Origin: Savitreella phatthalungensis
Lineage: Eukaryota
Direction of reading: 5' to 3'
NCBI GenBank assembly: GCA_051599415.1
Contig: AP039697.1
Coordinates: 310,001-374,000 of the forward strand
DNA: 64,000 nt
Part shown: in pieces, positions 33,776 to 44,297 of the stretch
Numbering within the stretch: position 1 is the first letter of the stretch
How the letters are laid out: each line of letters opens with the position of its first letter
The notes under the pieces: generated by a model
What the model was told of the DNA's origin: nothing
What the model saw: the letters and a program-made list of their open reading frames with translations, nothing else
Database searches by the model: none
Position numbers and translations under genes: made by a program

Positions 33776-35368
33776 ATGGGTAAGAACAAGAACAAGAAAA
33801 ACAAGAGCAGCGCGACAGCACAGATCGTGCTCTCGGATAGTGCACTGCCTGCTGGAGCGGTGGACACGGCCTCAGATCGACAGGTCGATCCCGTTGCATC
33901 GTCGATGAGCGAAACGGAGACTGTGAAAACGCTTGTTGAAGACGACATCACGCACGCGCGTGCAGCACAGCTTGCAGAAGAGGGCAAAGATAGCCCTCAG
34001 CACGATTCTGTCCTTGAGATACCAATAGATTCGAGATCCAGCAATGCTGATTCCGGGCCATCGCTGGAAGCTCTACAGAAAACTTCGCCGGAGTTCCACA
34101 ATCCACTCGAAGCGACCGAAGCGCCTGTAGCAAGTGGAACGCCTGCCAAGGAGCCTCCAAGTACAATGCTGACGACAATCACGAATGGCTCACAACAACA
34201 CAATGAAGTGCTTGAAAAGGTGCGGTCAGAGCGCGATGCTGCGGTCGCACAGTATCGGAGCCTCTTATCAAAAGTCTCGCAGATGAAAGCGACTCTTGGT
34301 GAGCGACTGAAGCAGGATACAGAGGAAATCGCAGAGCAACGTACAATCATCAACGCACTCACATCGCAGAACGTTGAGCTCAGGGAGAAATTGGAAGAAG
34401 CGACAAAGACCCAAGACGAGGACGCATTTGCTCGATCAGAAAGCACTGCCCAAGTTGAGCTACTCGAACAGAAACTGGCAACACTGCAGCAGGAGAAGCA
34501 GGAGCATTCGCACGCGTTGTTACTTGCTCGTGAGGAGCATCGAATGCGGCTGGATACTTTCGAGACCGCCTCGCAGGAAGAAAAACATCTGCGCGAGCAG
34601 TTACGAGATCGCATTGCCGAGCTTGAAGAGCAACTCGTAGCGAGCAACGCTGCATATCAAAACGCTACGGAACGTGTCGACATCGCGATGAGTAGCAGAC
34701 AAGCACTCGAGCATGAATTACAAACTTTGCGCGATGCATCGAAGGCGGCGCAAATTGAGCACTTGCATGAGATTGAGTCGATCGGCAGTGATCACGATCT
34801 TCGATTGAACCAGTTGCGCAACAAGCTCGAGCAGTCCGACAAGGAGTCAGCAGACCTGCGGCGCGATCTGGATCGTATGCGCCCATACGAGCAAGAAGTC
34901 AAGGAGAAGAATCTGTTGATTGGTAAACTACGGCATGAGGCTGTAATCCTCAATGAGCACCTCACGAAGGCTTTGAGACTGCTTAAGCGTGGGTCATCCG
35001 GCGATTCTGTCGACCGTCAACTCCTAAACAATATTCTCTTGTCCTTCTTATCACTTCCGCGGCAGGACTCAAAGCGCTTTGAAGTGCTCAAAGTTATGTC
35101 CAGTGTGCTCGGCTGGTCAGACTCGCAGCAGGAGATGGCTGGTCTACTAAAGCCCGGAACGTCAGCCCTGGGCCAGTTGGCCGCTGCCGCGAGGTCGCCT
35201 CCAGCCAGTCCAAGCCTCAATCGTACCTCAACTATTCAGGCAGCGGATTTCGTGCCCTCGACACCTGGGGCAGAGAGTATGAGCCAGCTTTGGATTAACT
35301 TCCTGCAGTCCCAATCCGATGCAGGGATCACGGTAGCGGCAAATCCGACTGAGCAGGAAAAATCATGA
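33776..35368 (+). CDS. RUD3: GRAB-domain golgin (Rud3/GMAP-210 type)
   Basis: Long coiled coil, then EKNLLIGKLRHEAVILNEHLTKAL..VDRQL..KRFEVLKVMSSVLGW. Confidence 0.88.
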   Translation: MGKNKNKKNKSSATAQIVLSDSALPAGAVDTASDRQVDPVASSMSETETVKTLVEDDITHARAAQLAEEGKDSPQHDSVLEIPIDSRSSNADSGPSLEALQKTSPEFHNPLEATEAPVASGTPAKEPPSTMLTTITNGSQQHNEVLEKVRSERDAAVAQYRSLLSKVSQMKATLGERLKQDTEEIAEQRTIINALTSQNVELREKLEEATKTQDEDAFARSESTAQVELLEQKLATLQQEKQEHSHALLLAREEHRMRLDTFETASQEEKHLREQLRDRIAELEEQLVASNAAYQNATERVDIAMSSRQALEHELQTLRDASKAAQIEHLHEIESIGSDHDLRLNQLRNKLEQSDKESADLRRDLDRMRPYEQEVKEKNLLIGKLRHEAVILNEHLTKALRLLKRGSSGDSVDRQLLNNILLSFLSLPRQDSKRFEVLKVMSSVLGWSDSQQEMAGLLKPGTSALGQLAAAARSPPASPSLNRTSTIQAADFVPSTPGAESMSQLWINFLQSQSDAGITVAANPTEQEKS

Positions 35369-35420
35369 TTGCCATGGAGCGCCGTCGGTCCGGCTCTGTC
35401 GCTTGCACACACGATTTCAA

Positions 35421-37808
35421 TTATGACCTCCCGAATTTAATGCCGTCAGAAGGTGCCCACGTCGACCGCTTGTTCCGCTGCGTGCCTGAATTTGTCGTGG
35501 ACGACTGCGCCGCCGCTGCGGCTGCTGCTGCTGCTTCGTCGTGCTCAATCGTTTCGCGCGCGCCAATGGCCTCCTGCATGCGTTCCTCTACAAGACCTTG
35601 GACCTCGTCTCCAAGTCTGTTCAATGCGCGATGAAGGTCATTGTAGAATTTCCTGCCTTCATCAAGATTCACGCGCAGTTCCTGATACTTTTCCCAAGTC
35701 TGACTCAATTCCTGTAGGGCTCGACCGCGTGGCGAGTCTTGTGCGTCAGTCGAGTTCAGTGCGTGCTGCAGATTCTGCTCAAGCTCCTCGAAGCGGGACA
35801 AAAGGTTGTCGTCGTTGGCCTGTGATTCACAGAGCTGAGCAGCGCGCTCGTTGTATGGTTGCAAGAACTCCTGCATCGAATGCTCGAAATCCTTCGGTGT
35901 AAGAGCATCGGCATTGTTTTCCTGCAAAACTGTGGCTCGATTGAGAGCAGCAGCTTCGAAAGCGTCGTCGCTTGTCTGCTCCGAGAGGCAAATTGCCTCA
36001 TTTAGTACTGCTTTGCGCTCTGCCTGAACAGCCTCCCATTCTAACCACAGACGCTTCAAAGCTTCAACACACTGCACAACTCGCGGATCGTGCGTGACTC
36101 GTGCCGGAGGAATCATCCTTGCGAGCTCGGCCACGCTCAAAGAGAGCTTCTCCAATTGTGGCATCCACGCCGTCAACTTGTCATTGACGAGCTGATCGGA
36201 CGCCGCGGCTTGGTCCAGGAGTCCTCTGTATCGAAGTAAGCTTCCTCGCTGTTCTGAGAAAAAGTCAGCGGAGACTTCGCGCTCCCACCGGGCGCTTCCA
36301 TAGTATGCCCTCAAGCGCTGGTCTTCGATATTCTCCTCATCGATCACGTCATCGATCTGTTCGAGCAAGCCCTTATTTGCTTGCATGAGCGCCTGTACCT
36401 GGCTGCTTTGGCGCTTGAGGGCGGTTAAACCACCATCCCTTCGGAATTCATCGCAATGATTACACAAGCTGGCAGGCAAGCCGTCCGGCTGCTCAATCGC
36501 CATGAATTTGCCCGGCAAGCCCATCTTAACCAGCGTCGATTGCAGGCTGGCCAGCTGGTGCTGCAGCGGTTTAACTTCGTTTTCCAGAATACAGCGTCGC
36601 CGTCTGTCCAGATAGGTATCAATCACGTTCCTAACGACAAAAGGTTGTAACCGCTCGAATAGACCTGCCGTCGACTTGCTGACACAATCAGGTTTCGCTG
36701 CTTTCACCATTGAAATAGCAGGGACCGCTGTCAAAGGACCTGTCTCCGGCACGGCGGCCAGGTAGATCAAGTTATTGTCCTTTTCCGCTCTCGTCAGGCT
36801 CTCCGTGATATGCTTGGCGAGTGCATCGACTGGCTTCATAATATTGGCACCAGCTGCTTTGGCGTGTGACAGCGACTTTGAAGCAGCGTCCTGGGCAAGC
36901 TGAAGTCGCGCTACCTCTTCGCCGAACGATCGGGCAGATACTGCAGCAAGAGACATGCGAAGCTGGGCGACTGCGTTGAATTGTTGATATTTCGCCGAGA
37001 GGTAGTGGATGAGAGTGGGCGGTGGCGTCGTCAGTGTCTGAGCTTGTTCCAGTGATAAGAAGTAGTATTCGGCGGCTTGTTGCGCCAGTTGCGCTACAAG
37101 CTTATCCTTGAGCCCATCATAGGCAGCTTTCTGCCAAACGCACTCCTGCGCTTGTGCGAGCATCAAGTTGTGGATCATGTCAAGATATCGTTTAGTGAGA
37201 GTTTCGTCAAGAGCAGCCAACGGCTGCAATTGGCTTGCAAAGTGCTTCTCGATGTGATGCGCGCAACCTGCAGAAAGCTGGAAGAATGAGGCAGCCTGTT
37301 TGAGCCCGGTGAGACTTGACCTGTTGGCTTTGGCAGCCATTCGGGCATACTTTGCGCATAGCAGATACAGAATACTTGCACGTTCGAACGTGGGATTGTC
37401 GCTGACTACAGGCGTCTGGACCCGCCAGATGAAGTTTGTGCCTGTATGCAGTGGAAGCTTGATGGCCAGTGCACTGAAGTCGGAATAGTAATTTGCTACT
37501 TGTTGGATACCCGTCTCGTCATCTTCCGCATGCGTTGCAGCTCGACGGGAAGAGTGTAACTTTTCCAAGTCCGCAAGGAATTGCTCTGGCCTTTGTCTGA
37601 AGTGGTCAGCTATCAGAGAGGTGAAAGCATCGCGCATATTGACCTCGCTGGTAGTTCTGCAACCGAGGCTTGCCATGTCATCTTCCACAGACACCCGGAC
37701 GTGATCCGAATTAGATGCTGCATGTCCTGCACCGTCGCGGTGCTTGTCGAGCGCGGCTTTGGTCCGATTAATGAAGTCGGCCATGCGTTGACGGCGAGAT
37801 GCGGTCAT
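35421..37808 (-). CDS. RIM20: BRO1/ALIX-V domain pH-signalling protein PalA/Rim20
   Basis: FERASILY, LMLAQAQECVWQKA, FGEEVARL, AEKDNNLIY, NLDEGRKFYNDL; C-terminal TWAPSDGIKFG. Confidence 0.88.
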   Translation of the reverse strand: MTASRRQRMADFINRTKAALDKHRDGAGHAASNSDHVRVSVEDDMASLGCRTTSEVNMRDAFTSLIADHFRQRPEQFLADLEKLHSSRRAATHAEDDETGIQQVANYYSDFSALAIKLPLHTGTNFIWRVQTPVVSDNPTFERASILYLLCAKYARMAAKANRSSLTGLKQAASFFQLSAGCAHHIEKHFASQLQPLAALDETLTKRYLDMIHNLMLAQAQECVWQKAAYDGLKDKLVAQLAQQAAEYYFLSLEQAQTLTTPPPTLIHYLSAKYQQFNAVAQLRMSLAAVSARSFGEEVARLQLAQDAASKSLSHAKAAGANIMKPVDALAKHITESLTRAEKDNNLIYLAAVPETGPLTAVPAISMVKAAKPDCVSKSTAGLFERLQPFVVRNVIDTYLDRRRRCILENEVKPLQHQLASLQSTLVKMGLPGKFMAIEQPDGLPASLCNHCDEFRRDGGLTALKRQSSQVQALMQANKGLLEQIDDVIDEENIEDQRLRAYYGSARWEREVSADFFSEQRGSLLRYRGLLDQAAASDQLVNDKLTAWMPQLEKLSLSVAELARMIPPARVTHDPRVVQCVEALKRLWLEWEAVQAERKAVLNEAICLSEQTSDDAFEAAALNRATVLQENNADALTPKDFEHSMQEFLQPYNERAAQLCESQANDDNLLSRFEELEQNLQHALNSTDAQDSPRGRALQELSQTWEKYQELRVNLDEGRKFYNDLHRALNRLGDEVQGLVEERMQEAIGARETIEHDEAAAAAAAAAQSSTTNSGTQRNKRSTWAPSDGIKFGRS

Positions 37809-38074
37809 CTTGCGCGCACGGCAGCCAGCCGCTGCGCGACGGCGTCAAAAACGTAGTGTCAATAAATATACGTGGAGGTCCAAAGTCATTTTAACAGGAC
37901 GGCACATGAGAACAACGAGCAAACGACACAAAGGAACATGGAAGTTGTTGCAGGACAATTTGCAGTGAATTCGTAATGACTATGCGTGGTGAAGTAGCGA
38001 CGAGAGCAACTTTTGTCCCTCGCAGCTCGTGACAGTTGGGAGCGTGTGGGTCCGGTGAAGCGGAGGGAACACAC

Positions 38075-38506
38075 TTATGAACGTGGCTTTTCCTTCTTCT
38101 CCTTCCACAGGGCGAGAAGGCCTACTCCAGAGACCTTGACAACCTTGAAGCGGACACCGGGGATGTCACCCTTTGCCTTGCCCTTACGACCGAAGCCAGA
38201 AATGAGGACCTCGTCGTTCTCGTCGACAAAGTTGAGGCAACCGTCGTTTGGCACGAAGGCGGTGACCTTCTTTCCGTTCTTGATCAGCTGCACACGAACG
38301 GCCTTGCGAATAGCCGAGTTTGGTTGTTTAGCCTCGACACCAATCTTCTCGAGCACGATACCCTTTGCATGCGAGGCGTTACCGAACGGGTTGGAGCGGA
38401 AGGCAGTGCCTAACAGACGCTTCTTGTATGACTCGTCAGACCATCTGTTCTCGCGACGGTAATTGCGCAGCTTGCGACCGGTATTGATACCGCTCGGCTT
38501 ACCCAT
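38075..38506 (-). CDS. RPS23: 40S ribosomal protein S23 (uS12), intronless CDS
   Basis: [32 protein letters not shown]. Confidence 0.98.
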   Translation of the reverse strand: MGKPSGINTGRKLRNYRRENRWSDESYKKRLLGTAFRSNPFGNASHAKGIVLEKIGVEAKQPNSAIRKAVRVQLIKNGKKVTAFVPNDGCLNFVDENDEVLISGFGRKGKAKGDIPGVRFKVVKVSGVGLLALWKEKKEKPRS

Positions 38507-39412
38507 ATTGTCGATGTGAAAAGCTTGGTAATGTGGTGAGGTTCACTCTTGAATACACAGGGTGTCGGGAGGGTTACGCTGCCGCTGTGCGGGCCACACT
38601 TGCGCCAGCTTCGGGAGCTATGGAGGTTGTGAAGCATTCAGCAATATCACCAGTCCGAAAAATTCCCACACTGTATCACACGTGCAAGCTGGATCATATT
38701 GGCGCGGTACCTACTCGGTGATCTATTGAGCTGTCCAGGAAACTTGTGGCTGAAAATTGGTTAACTATAGCAATGAATCCAGCACGTGCGGCGGCTGAAA
38801 ACTTCCTGCGCCATGGTGCGCGTCAGGCCTGGCTGGGTACGTGTTCGAGCTCTTGACGTACCCGGCCGCGGTTCGGTCTGATGGAATTGATGCCATGCAA
38901 TGATTGCACGACTACACCCTAGTTGTGCATTAGCCCCGAGCTCAATTGCAATATTGAGCTCCGTCTTGATCAACCCAATGCCGAATGAATCCAGCTTGAT
39001 CGAACAAATCAGGACGGCGTGCTCGAGATTGCGCTAGACCATTCGCTGGTCGACCAGTCGTGCAGCTGCTTGCTTTTACGGGCGTCCACGATGCATGCAT
39101 CGTGTCACAGAGATGGCTTGCTTGGACCGACGTTCATGTCGCATTCACAAACATTGAATATGAAGCATAGGGTACCTGATAATGCTTGACTATATGATTG
39201 CTCCCGGGATTAGATGTACGGCGATTGGAGGCCAGGGCTGCGCGTGACTTCGATAGATTCTTCAGCCCTAGCGCATGATCGGCGAACGAGTAATTGAATT
39301 GCTCTATGGTACTTATCGCCGTCCTCGCTAATGGCCTCCTAGCCCTTCGGTGAGCGCTCTAGTGCTTGTCGTTCAGACCAGGACTCAGAAACACAGCACT
39401 TTCACTCAGCAT

Positions 39413-40270
39413 CTATCCGGAAAATTCGAGGGACGAACCGACCTTGTGGACGGGCTCGTTGAACTTCTGTGTGTCAAGCGCCAGACCGAGACCGAGACGG
39501 ACTCCGGGGCGGACGACTTGGAAGTACGAGAGCTGTGCAATACCTGCGTTGTTGACCTTTGCCTTGACAGACGACAACCTATCGAGCGTGTACTTGCCGC
39601 CAACCTCAGCGAGGACGGCACTGCCGGCCTGCGAGTCCCAGACGACACGACCTCCGGCCTCGACGTTCGTGTTGACACGGTGGTAATAATTAGCAGTGTA
39701 AATGCTCAGCTTGTTCGATGCCTGAACGGACACGCCGACAAGAGGCGTGGCGTATCCAATGCCGAGCGAATACTTCTGAATGTCACCGGCCTTGATATCA
39801 TAGGAACCTTCGGCACCTGCGAAGTAACCTTCGTGCGAGACGACGGCGTCAGAAGTCAGGATCGGTCCGATCTTCGAGGTCATATCGAGGTATGAGCGAC
39901 CGTGGAAGTTTGGCCTCTTGTAGATTAAGCCAAGCTTACCAGCACGAGCGGTCGAAGCAGGCTCAAAGGCTGTGGCTACCTCGAGCTTGAGGCCCTTGGC
40001 GAATTGGTCCTCCAGCTCGAGCTTCGAGTTGAGCTTGTTTTGCGTCGTCCAGGACTGCGTTAGCGTCAAACCGTTCGGCTTGTCAGCCCATTTGGCCTCA
40101 ATTTCGCCAGCAACGGCGCCCTTCTCATTCTTTTGACCCTTTGCAGTGAAGGAAACGTTGTTGGGCGCAAAGGTCTTGACCTCGAGCTTGTGGCCAGCGA
40201 CGGGGAAGTCTTTGCCGAGCAGGTCGTTGGTCGGCTTAGCCAGATCTGAGAAAGCCATTGGAATCGACAT
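39413..40270 (-). CDS. POR1: Mitochondrial porin (VDAC)
   Basis: FSDLAKPTNDLLGKDF helix, beta-barrel pattern, KAKVNNAG, HKVGSSLEF. Confidence 0.95.
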   Translation of the reverse strand: MSIPMAFSDLAKPTNDLLGKDFPVAGHKLEVKTFAPNNVSFTAKGQKNEKGAVAGEIEAKWADKPNGLTLTQSWTTQNKLNSKLELEDQFAKGLKLEVATAFEPASTARAGKLGLIYKRPNFHGRSYLDMTSKIGPILTSDAVVSHEGYFAGAEGSYDIKAGDIQKYSLGIGYATPLVGVSVQASNKLSIYTANYYHRVNTNVEAGGRVVWDSQAGSAVLAEVGGKYTLDRLSSVKAKVNNAGIAQLSYFQVVRPGVRLGLGLALDTQKFNEPVHKVGSSLEFSG

Positions 40271-40549
40271 GATGCTTGAGTGCGGAAAAGAACAGTCTGT
40301 AGCGCTTTGATTATATGGTCGCAACGACTGTTCTATGGATTCGCTGCGACAAACACAACGACGGGCACACACACAATGCAGCTGAATCCACGGACAATTG
40401 GTCCACGGGTGCACACATGCACCAGCACGGGCAATTCGACACCCGGGTGGGTCCGATCGAATTTGCGAGACTATATCGTAGAGATCAATATGTCAAAAGG
40501 CGAGCGACATTCCATATATGCAGCTTTTCATACCGCATCTGGTAGAGGG

Positions 40550-41191
40550 ATGAGTGCGCTTGCCGAGGCGTACTCAGACGATTCTGCAAGTGACATTGTC
40601 AGTTGGGTGGACTGGTTCCTCAGAGCACGCGGAAATGAGTTTTTCTGCGAGGTCGACGAAGAGTACATCTCCGATAGGTTCAACTTGACAGGCATTGCAG
40701 GAGAGGTTCAGCATTTTCAGCATGCTCTAGAGCTCATCACCGACGGACTTGACTTCGACCTGGACGATGAGGTGCGCGATACGATCGAACTCTCTGCCAG
40801 ACACCTGTATGGCTTGATCCACGCGCGCTACATCATCACTCCGCGCGGCCTGAGTAAGATGCTCGAAAAATACAGGCGCGGCGACTTTGGGCTATGCCCG
40901 CGCGTTTTGTGTGGCTCACAGCATCTCTTGCCCATCGGCCTCTCCGACGTCTCCAATGTTAGGTCTGTCCAACTCTATTGCCCGCATTGCGAAGACATTT
41001 ATTCTCCGAAGTCCACAAGGCACAGTGACATAGACGGTGCCTATTTCGGTGCGTCCTTTCCGCACATCCTTCTCCTCAGCAACCCATCCTACGTGCCTCC
41101 GAAGAGTGTGGAGCGCTATGAACCGAAGATCTTCGGGTTCAGGGTTCATGCTGTTAGCCAGGTCCATCGAGCACAGGACGTGTCGCGCTGA
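40550..41191 (+). CDS. Casein kinase II regulatory (beta) subunit
   Basis: SWVDWF..GNEFFCEVDEEYISDRFNLTG, LYGLIHARYI, CPRVLC/CPHC zinc finger, DGAYFG. Confidence 0.94.
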   Translation: MSALAEAYSDDSASDIVSWVDWFLRARGNEFFCEVDEEYISDRFNLTGIAGEVQHFQHALELITDGLDFDLDDEVRDTIELSARHLYGLIHARYIITPRGLSKMLEKYRRGDFGLCPRVLCGSQHLLPIGLSDVSNVRSVQLYCPHCEDIYSPKSTRHSDIDGAYFGASFPHILLLSNPSYVPPKSVERYEPKIFGFRVHAVSQVHRAQDVSR

Positions 41192-43193
41192 TATGACGAG
41201 TTGATAGCGATCCAGCCCTGTCCAAAAATCGCAGCACTTCCCCAATAAGTGCATACTCCTTGGCTTCAACCAATAATGGGAACAGCTCATCCGCGAGCGA
41301 AGCGACATCATGCTCTGATGTAGAGGCCACTGCCAACATCATGTTCACTGAGGCTCTGAAATCTCTTTGCTCAAGCGCGATCGCGAATATCGTATAAGCT
41401 GGCCCGATTGCGTTGAAAATGGCTTTCCACGCAGGCAGATCTGTCTTACGCAACAACGACGCTAGCACGCCCGGAAGCCGATCGCAAAAAAGCCACACCT
41501 TTGCCAATAGGTCGGGCTCGTAAATGGTCTCATATAGCATCTGCTCGAGAGTGGCGCTTTTAGCACTTGTGAGCGCAAGATCCCTTCGAGCCTCAGCTTC
41601 ACGGCGTAAAGCTAGCAGAGCCACCAAATATTTTGCTCTGAATGGAATCACGTCAAGGTCCTGTATGTCTGTCGCCGGGGTCCGAACATTGGGAAGGTAT
41701 TCAATTATACCGCGAGACCAGTCCATATGAACAGGCATACCGGGCACTTCAAGGACGAATAATGTCTTGAGCGTCTTGATATCAATGAAGGACATCATAC
41801 CTCGGCCAAACGTCCAGACTCCGTGCTCATCCAAATTGAAGAAGTCTACGCCCTTGAACAGCACGCCCTCCAGGCTGTACAGCGTATTTGCGCTCAGATA
41901 AATTACCAGTTCCCGACTGATCCGGGCAAGCTGTGATACTTTACGCTCGAGAGATTGTATCCATATTTTACTCAGCCGATGTATGCCGTCGTTGTCCAAC
42001 GTCACTTTGAGCGCGTACATCGTTTTGTCTGCGAGCACAACGTCAATACCATGAGAAGACGCCGAAAGCCAAATGCAAGCATACGGGAGAGCGACAATGT
42101 CTGTCAACTCGAATGCGCTGATGAGCAGCAGCTCATTGCTTTCAGTCGCCACAACCAAGTGCTCTCCATGCCACGCAAGGGCTTTGACAATTCTGTCATC
42201 CGTGGCCACATCTGTCCAGGATCCCGTGCGGAGCGTCAGAATGTGCACCGAAGGCATAGATGCTGCAACCGCGAGATAGACGGATTCCGAAGCCGCGGCT
42301 ACTCTTACGTCGATTGGCACGTCTGCATTATACCAGATAGCTCCCTCTGAGTTCGGCCTCCGAAAGGTGACACGGTCTGAACCCACAAGGGTAGCCGTTG
42401 AAAGGGGTGCACTGTCGATGACGAGCTCGAGCAGCTGGTAGTACAAGACTTGCCCTTCGGCGAGGAAATACAGACAAAGTCCCAGCGCCACTGTATCGGC
42501 TCTAGTCTCAATGACACTGACATGCGATCCGTTCTTTGTAAAGAGATGAATTTCTTGCTGGCGGGTGATACACACAAGGCCGCGGTTCTCGGTGACGGTG
42601 CGAACCCCAGCCATCGGAATGCGAATGTCACCGATGATCAATTCCGACGAGGTTGCGTGCGTTGCGCCCCAAGCACATACGATCTCTCCGGCGAGCTCAC
42701 AAAACTCATGCAAACTGGCCCCAGACTCATCGACAACAAGTAGATGATCGCCAGCTCCTTGTATGCGAATGATTGGCTTTGCAGTCGCTGTAACCTTGGA
42801 TGACAGCGTCTCTCTATTCGACGACCATGGAATCTGTCTGATTTCTCGCTGACCTGTAGACGTGAAGTGAAGTCCCTGTGTAGTGGCCTCGATGTGATCG
42901 GGCTTCCCCTTGAGACGAATGGCTTGCAGGAACTTGACGCCGTCAGCCTGAATGGCATAGCGAAGCACGACATGCTTGTCCGTCACCACAACGACCATGT
43001 CTCTTGTTGGACAACCCCCATGTAGCGCGACGTTCAGTCCATCTTCGACATCGCGCTCCAGAACTTCGATGATGCGCCCGTCGACCAGCAGTGCGATTGA
43101 TAGATCGCGCAGCACAACAAGCCCATGAGATGTTGCGGCAATATCGACCACGCCATGCAGAGTGAGGCGTGCGGCGTGGCCGTAGGGCAGCAT
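41154..43193 (-). CDS. RIC1: Ric1-like Rab6/Ypt6 GEF subunit, short and divergent
   Basis: Beta-propeller-like N-terminal two thirds; C-terminal LEQML..LLRKTD..WKAIF..GP..F..AL..DFR resembles the RIC1 domain. Confidence 0.68.
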   Translation of the reverse strand: MLPYGHAARLTLHGVVDIAATSHGLVVLRDLSIALLVDGRIIEVLERDVEDGLNVALHGGCPTRDMVVVVTDKHVVLRYAIQADGVKFLQAIRLKGKPDHIEATTQGLHFTSTGQREIRQIPWSSNRETLSSKVTATAKPIIRIQGAGDHLLVVDESGASLHEFCELAGEIVCAWGATHATSSELIIGDIRIPMAGVRTVTENRGLVCITRQQEIHLFTKNGSHVSVIETRADTVALGLCLYFLAEGQVLYYQLLELVIDSAPLSTATLVGSDRVTFRRPNSEGAIWYNADVPIDVRVAAASESVYLAVAASMPSVHILTLRTGSWTDVATDDRIVKALAWHGEHLVVATESNELLLISAFELTDIVALPYACIWLSASSHGIDVVLADKTMYALKVTLDNDGIHRLSKIWIQSLERKVSQLARISRELVIYLSANTLYSLEGVLFKGVDFFNLDEHGVWTFGRGMMSFIDIKTLKTLFVLEVPGMPVHMDWSRGIIEYLPNVRTPATDIQDLDVIPFRAKYLVALLALRREAEARRDLALTSAKSATLEQMLYETIYEPDLLAKVWLFCDRLPGVLASLLRKTDLPAWKAIFNAIGPAYTIFAIALEQRDFRASVNMMLAVASTSEHDVASLADELFPLLVEAKEYALIGEVLRFLDRAGSLSTRHISATRPVLDGPG

Positions 43194-43325
43194 TACATGT
43201 CCTTTGCTCGATCTGCGTCACAATGTCAGAAACTTTGAAGCACAATTATCGATAAGAGGTGAACGCGACCAGAGCAGCCGCAAAGACACATTGACTACTA
43301 GCAAAGGCTCGGTCAATACGGCAGC

Positions 43326-43874
43326 ATGTCTCTGTTTGCCAAATTCTCGAGCAAGGCAGACATCAAGTCGACTACGCCTGTCAAGTCTTCGGCTCAGCGC
43401 AACATCAAAAGCAGACTGGTGGAGACGTATTCAGAATTGGGGGATAGCATCGACGATGTCATCCCGAAGAAGTCTCAGCTACAACACGTGAAGTGTGAGG
43501 ATCGCGTGAGCCTGTACAGCCTGGACGGGGACGTTCTTTTCTTTCAGCACTTCGACGAACAACTCATCCCTACACTCAAGCTCGTCCATTTGTATCCAAA
43601 AGCGTTCCCAACGGTTCGTGTCGACAAGGGAGCAGTGCGATTCGTTCTCAGTGGGGCTAACATCATGACACCAGGCCTCACGTCTGCTGGCGGCCAACTG
43701 CCGGAAGATTTACCAGCGAATAGCATTGTCATTATCGCGGCAGAGGGGAAGGAGCACGCATTAGCCATCGGCAAGACCAACATGTCAGCCGCTGAGATGC
43801 GCGAAAAAAACAAAGGGATCGCCATGGACTCTCTACACTACCTTGGCGACTGGCTCTGGAAGCTCGAGTTATAG
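43326..43874 (+). CDS. TMA20: MCT-1/Tma20 PUA-domain translation factor
   Basis: VKSSAQRNI, PTLKLVHLYP, VDKGAVRFVLSGANIMTPGLTS, HYLGDWLW. Confidence 0.95.
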   Translation: MSLFAKFSSKADIKSTTPVKSSAQRNIKSRLVETYSELGDSIDDVIPKKSQLQHVKCEDRVSLYSLDGDVLFFQHFDEQLIPTLKLVHLYPKAFPTVRVDKGAVRFVLSGANIMTPGLTSAGGQLPEDLPANSIVIIAAEGKEHALAIGKTNMSAAEMREKNKGIAMDSLHYLGDWLWKLEL

Positions 43875-43915
43875 CATGGCGACTTCCTCGTTAAACATTT
43901 GTAAGTTCGCTGATG

Positions 43916-44221
43916 TCATGGCTCGACAAGTCTCACGAGCTCTTCGAGCGCTCTTCGTTCTGTCACACGAATTGTCTCCTTGGAGGCGATTGCAGTCGCG
44001 GCGAGCTGACCAGCTCTCGCTTTATCGCCCATGTAATATTCGTAGCACGCCTCTCTGCATACATCCTTTACGGTTGCGCTTGTCCGATCGAGTCTCAAGT
44101 CGTGATGCTCCGCCAAAGGTCGCCAATTATGGAGCACCTCTTGCTCAAATTCCTCACGAGTCGCGAGCAATCGACTTGGGCGAGGTCGCTCCTCCTCCAG
44201 CAAGTCACCCAAATCATCCAT
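43916..44221 (-). CDS. Small helical protein of unknown function (101 aa)
   Basis: ATG 44221 (MDDLGDLLEEE...); protein-like composition with a TPR-like helix pair; exactly fills the TMA20-kinase gap. Confidence 0.6.
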   Translation of the reverse strand: MDDLGDLLEEERPRPSRLLATREEFEQEVLHNWRPLAEHHDLRLDRTSATVKDVCREACYEYYMGDKARAGQLAATAIASKETIRVTERRALEELVRLVEP

Positions 44222-44297
44222 TGGATTTCCTGCTCTCTCGCGAACGGATACGGGATGCTTTTTATAGCCCAATTGGAAAATCATCAACTGGCCGACT

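Noticed and set aside
38558..38578. Homol-E-like AGGGT..AGGGT motif upstream of RPS23
   Set aside because: Imperfect match and no Homol-D (CAGTCACA) box found; too weak to call.
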